Positions 63,349-64,000 of a stretch of 64,000 bases of DNA are shown piece after piece (the first letter of the stretch is position 1; each line of letters starts with the position of its first letter). A program made the position numbers and the translations under genes. The DNA lies in NCBI GenBank assembly GCA_041665145.1, contig JBAYJK010000002.1, forward strand, positions 232,339 to 296,338. The letters are read 5' to 3'. The DNA is from Patescibacteria group bacterium (lineage in GTDB: Bacteria; Patescibacteriota; Microgenomatia; UBA1406). The notes below the pieces were generated by a model. It ran no database searches. It had not been told where the DNA came from and saw nothing but the letters and a program-made list of their open reading frames with translations.

Positions 63349-64000
63349 TTATGCCATGAACACGGAAGCAAATACACGGGCTTTTTGCAGCACAAGTGAC
63401 GGAAAACGCAGCTGTTCTTTTAGATAGGCTACTAGTAACTGACGATCGAGTATTTTGCGAGCAAACAGATAGATGAAGTAGGTTATACTTTCGGGCAATA
63501 AAAGCACCACTGCACATTGCGTGAGATTCTGTACCACCGTCCGCAGATCCAACGGATATCCATAGGTTTTATATATACTCCAACGAGCACGAAGAGTGTT
63601 AAGGAAACTCTTTTTGATGTGCCTCAAAGAATCGTTTTTTCCATAAATCCGATAATGTAAGAGATGCTCGGACATATTGGCAAATTTCAATCCTTTGCTG
63701 ATAAATTCAAAAAAAGTGTAGTAATCGTTATTGGTCGGAAGCACTGTTTTGTAAAACGGCTTTTGTTTTACGACACCATTTCTAAACATAATCGTCGGAT
63801 GAATCATAGGGTGGAACGTAAAATACTCACGGTAAATCGCCTCGTTTGTCGTCGGCATGTTCTTTTCACCCGTTCGTTTTCCGTCGCCGTTGATAACATA
63901 TGCAGAAGAACCAACCATAAAAATATCCTGGTGTTTTTGCAGATAAGCAACTTGTTTGGCTAAGCGTTCAGGGTGGGATATATCGTCAGCATCCATACGA
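63349..64000 (-). CDS. family 2 glycosyltransferase, C-terminal part (gene runs off the window end)
   Basis: DADD (DxD) motif followed by ISHPERLAKQVAYLQKH…FMVGS…HPTIMFR, typical of GT2 enzymes. The ORF is still open at 64000. Confidence 0.8.
   Translation of the reverse strand, partial: RMDADDISHPERLAKQVAYLQKHQDIFMVGSSAYVINGDGKRTGEKNMPTTNEAIYREYFTFHPMIHPTIMFRNGVVKQKPFYKTVLPTNNDYYTFFEFISKGLKFANMSEHLLHYRIYGKNDSLRHIKKSFLNTLRARWSIYKTYGYPLDLRTVVQNLTQCAVVLLLPESITYFIYLFARKILDRQLLVAYLKEQLRFPSLVLQKARVFASVFMA

Noticed and set aside
1-64000. Alternative genetic code (UGA recoding as in some CPR lineages), or TAA recoding to explain the in-frame stops at 15187 and 15358.
   Set aside because: All recognisable genes are full-length under the standard code, and TGA, TAA and TAG all terminate well-supported genes (e.g. 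TGA at 61260-61262, TAG at 8587-8589, TAA at 1477-1479). Local read-through remains only a hypothesis.

Overview
Gene-dense bacterial chromosome fragment read with the standard genetic code (TGA acts as a stop, for example at 61260-61262). The gene content suggests a reduced-genome Patescibacteria/CPR-like organism, but that is inference only. The content includes ComEA plus a split ComEC, an RRM protein, giant surface proteins, GT-C-like membrane proteins, VirB6/VirD4-like genes and few biosynthetic genes. Housekeeping genes I recognise are ndk (partial), an M16 peptidase, leuS, gdh, trxB, a CsoR/RcnR-family repressor, rho, a SpoU methyltransferase, a PAP2 phosphatase, argS, an EamA transporter, a TrmB-like regulator, a LysM-M23 peptidase and a HAD hydrolase.

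The accessory core is a plus-strand locus of about 23 kb (14.65-37.63 kb):
- It starts with a tyrosine-recombinase core-binding (SAM-like) domain ORF that lacks a catalytic domain.
- This lies in the same frame as a 4282-aa membrane-anchored protein, separated from it only by two TAA stops. The large protein is built from tail-fibre-like GNVGIGT modules.
- Next come a 1747-aa DUF2341 + 6x LamG protein, a RayT-type HUH transposase, a tail-fibre protein with a Peptidase_S74 chaperone domain, and small membrane or lipoproteins.
- No capsid, terminase or portal genes are present.

A second surface system consists of two inverted two-gene cassettes (WxL-like plus DUF916-like) that bracket the competence genes.

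The most unusual sequence-level signal is the set of palindromic and short tandem 'word' elements. They fill nearly every spacer and are also inserted in frame into conserved genes. A homologous ~100-nt element sits in both gdh and trxB. GTAG-type REP hairpins sit in argS, the SpoU gene and the rayT-like gene itself. Several genes have a TGnTATAAT box 6-8 nt upstream of the ATG, which suggests leaderless mRNAs. All similarity calls come from reading motifs by eye; no searches were run.
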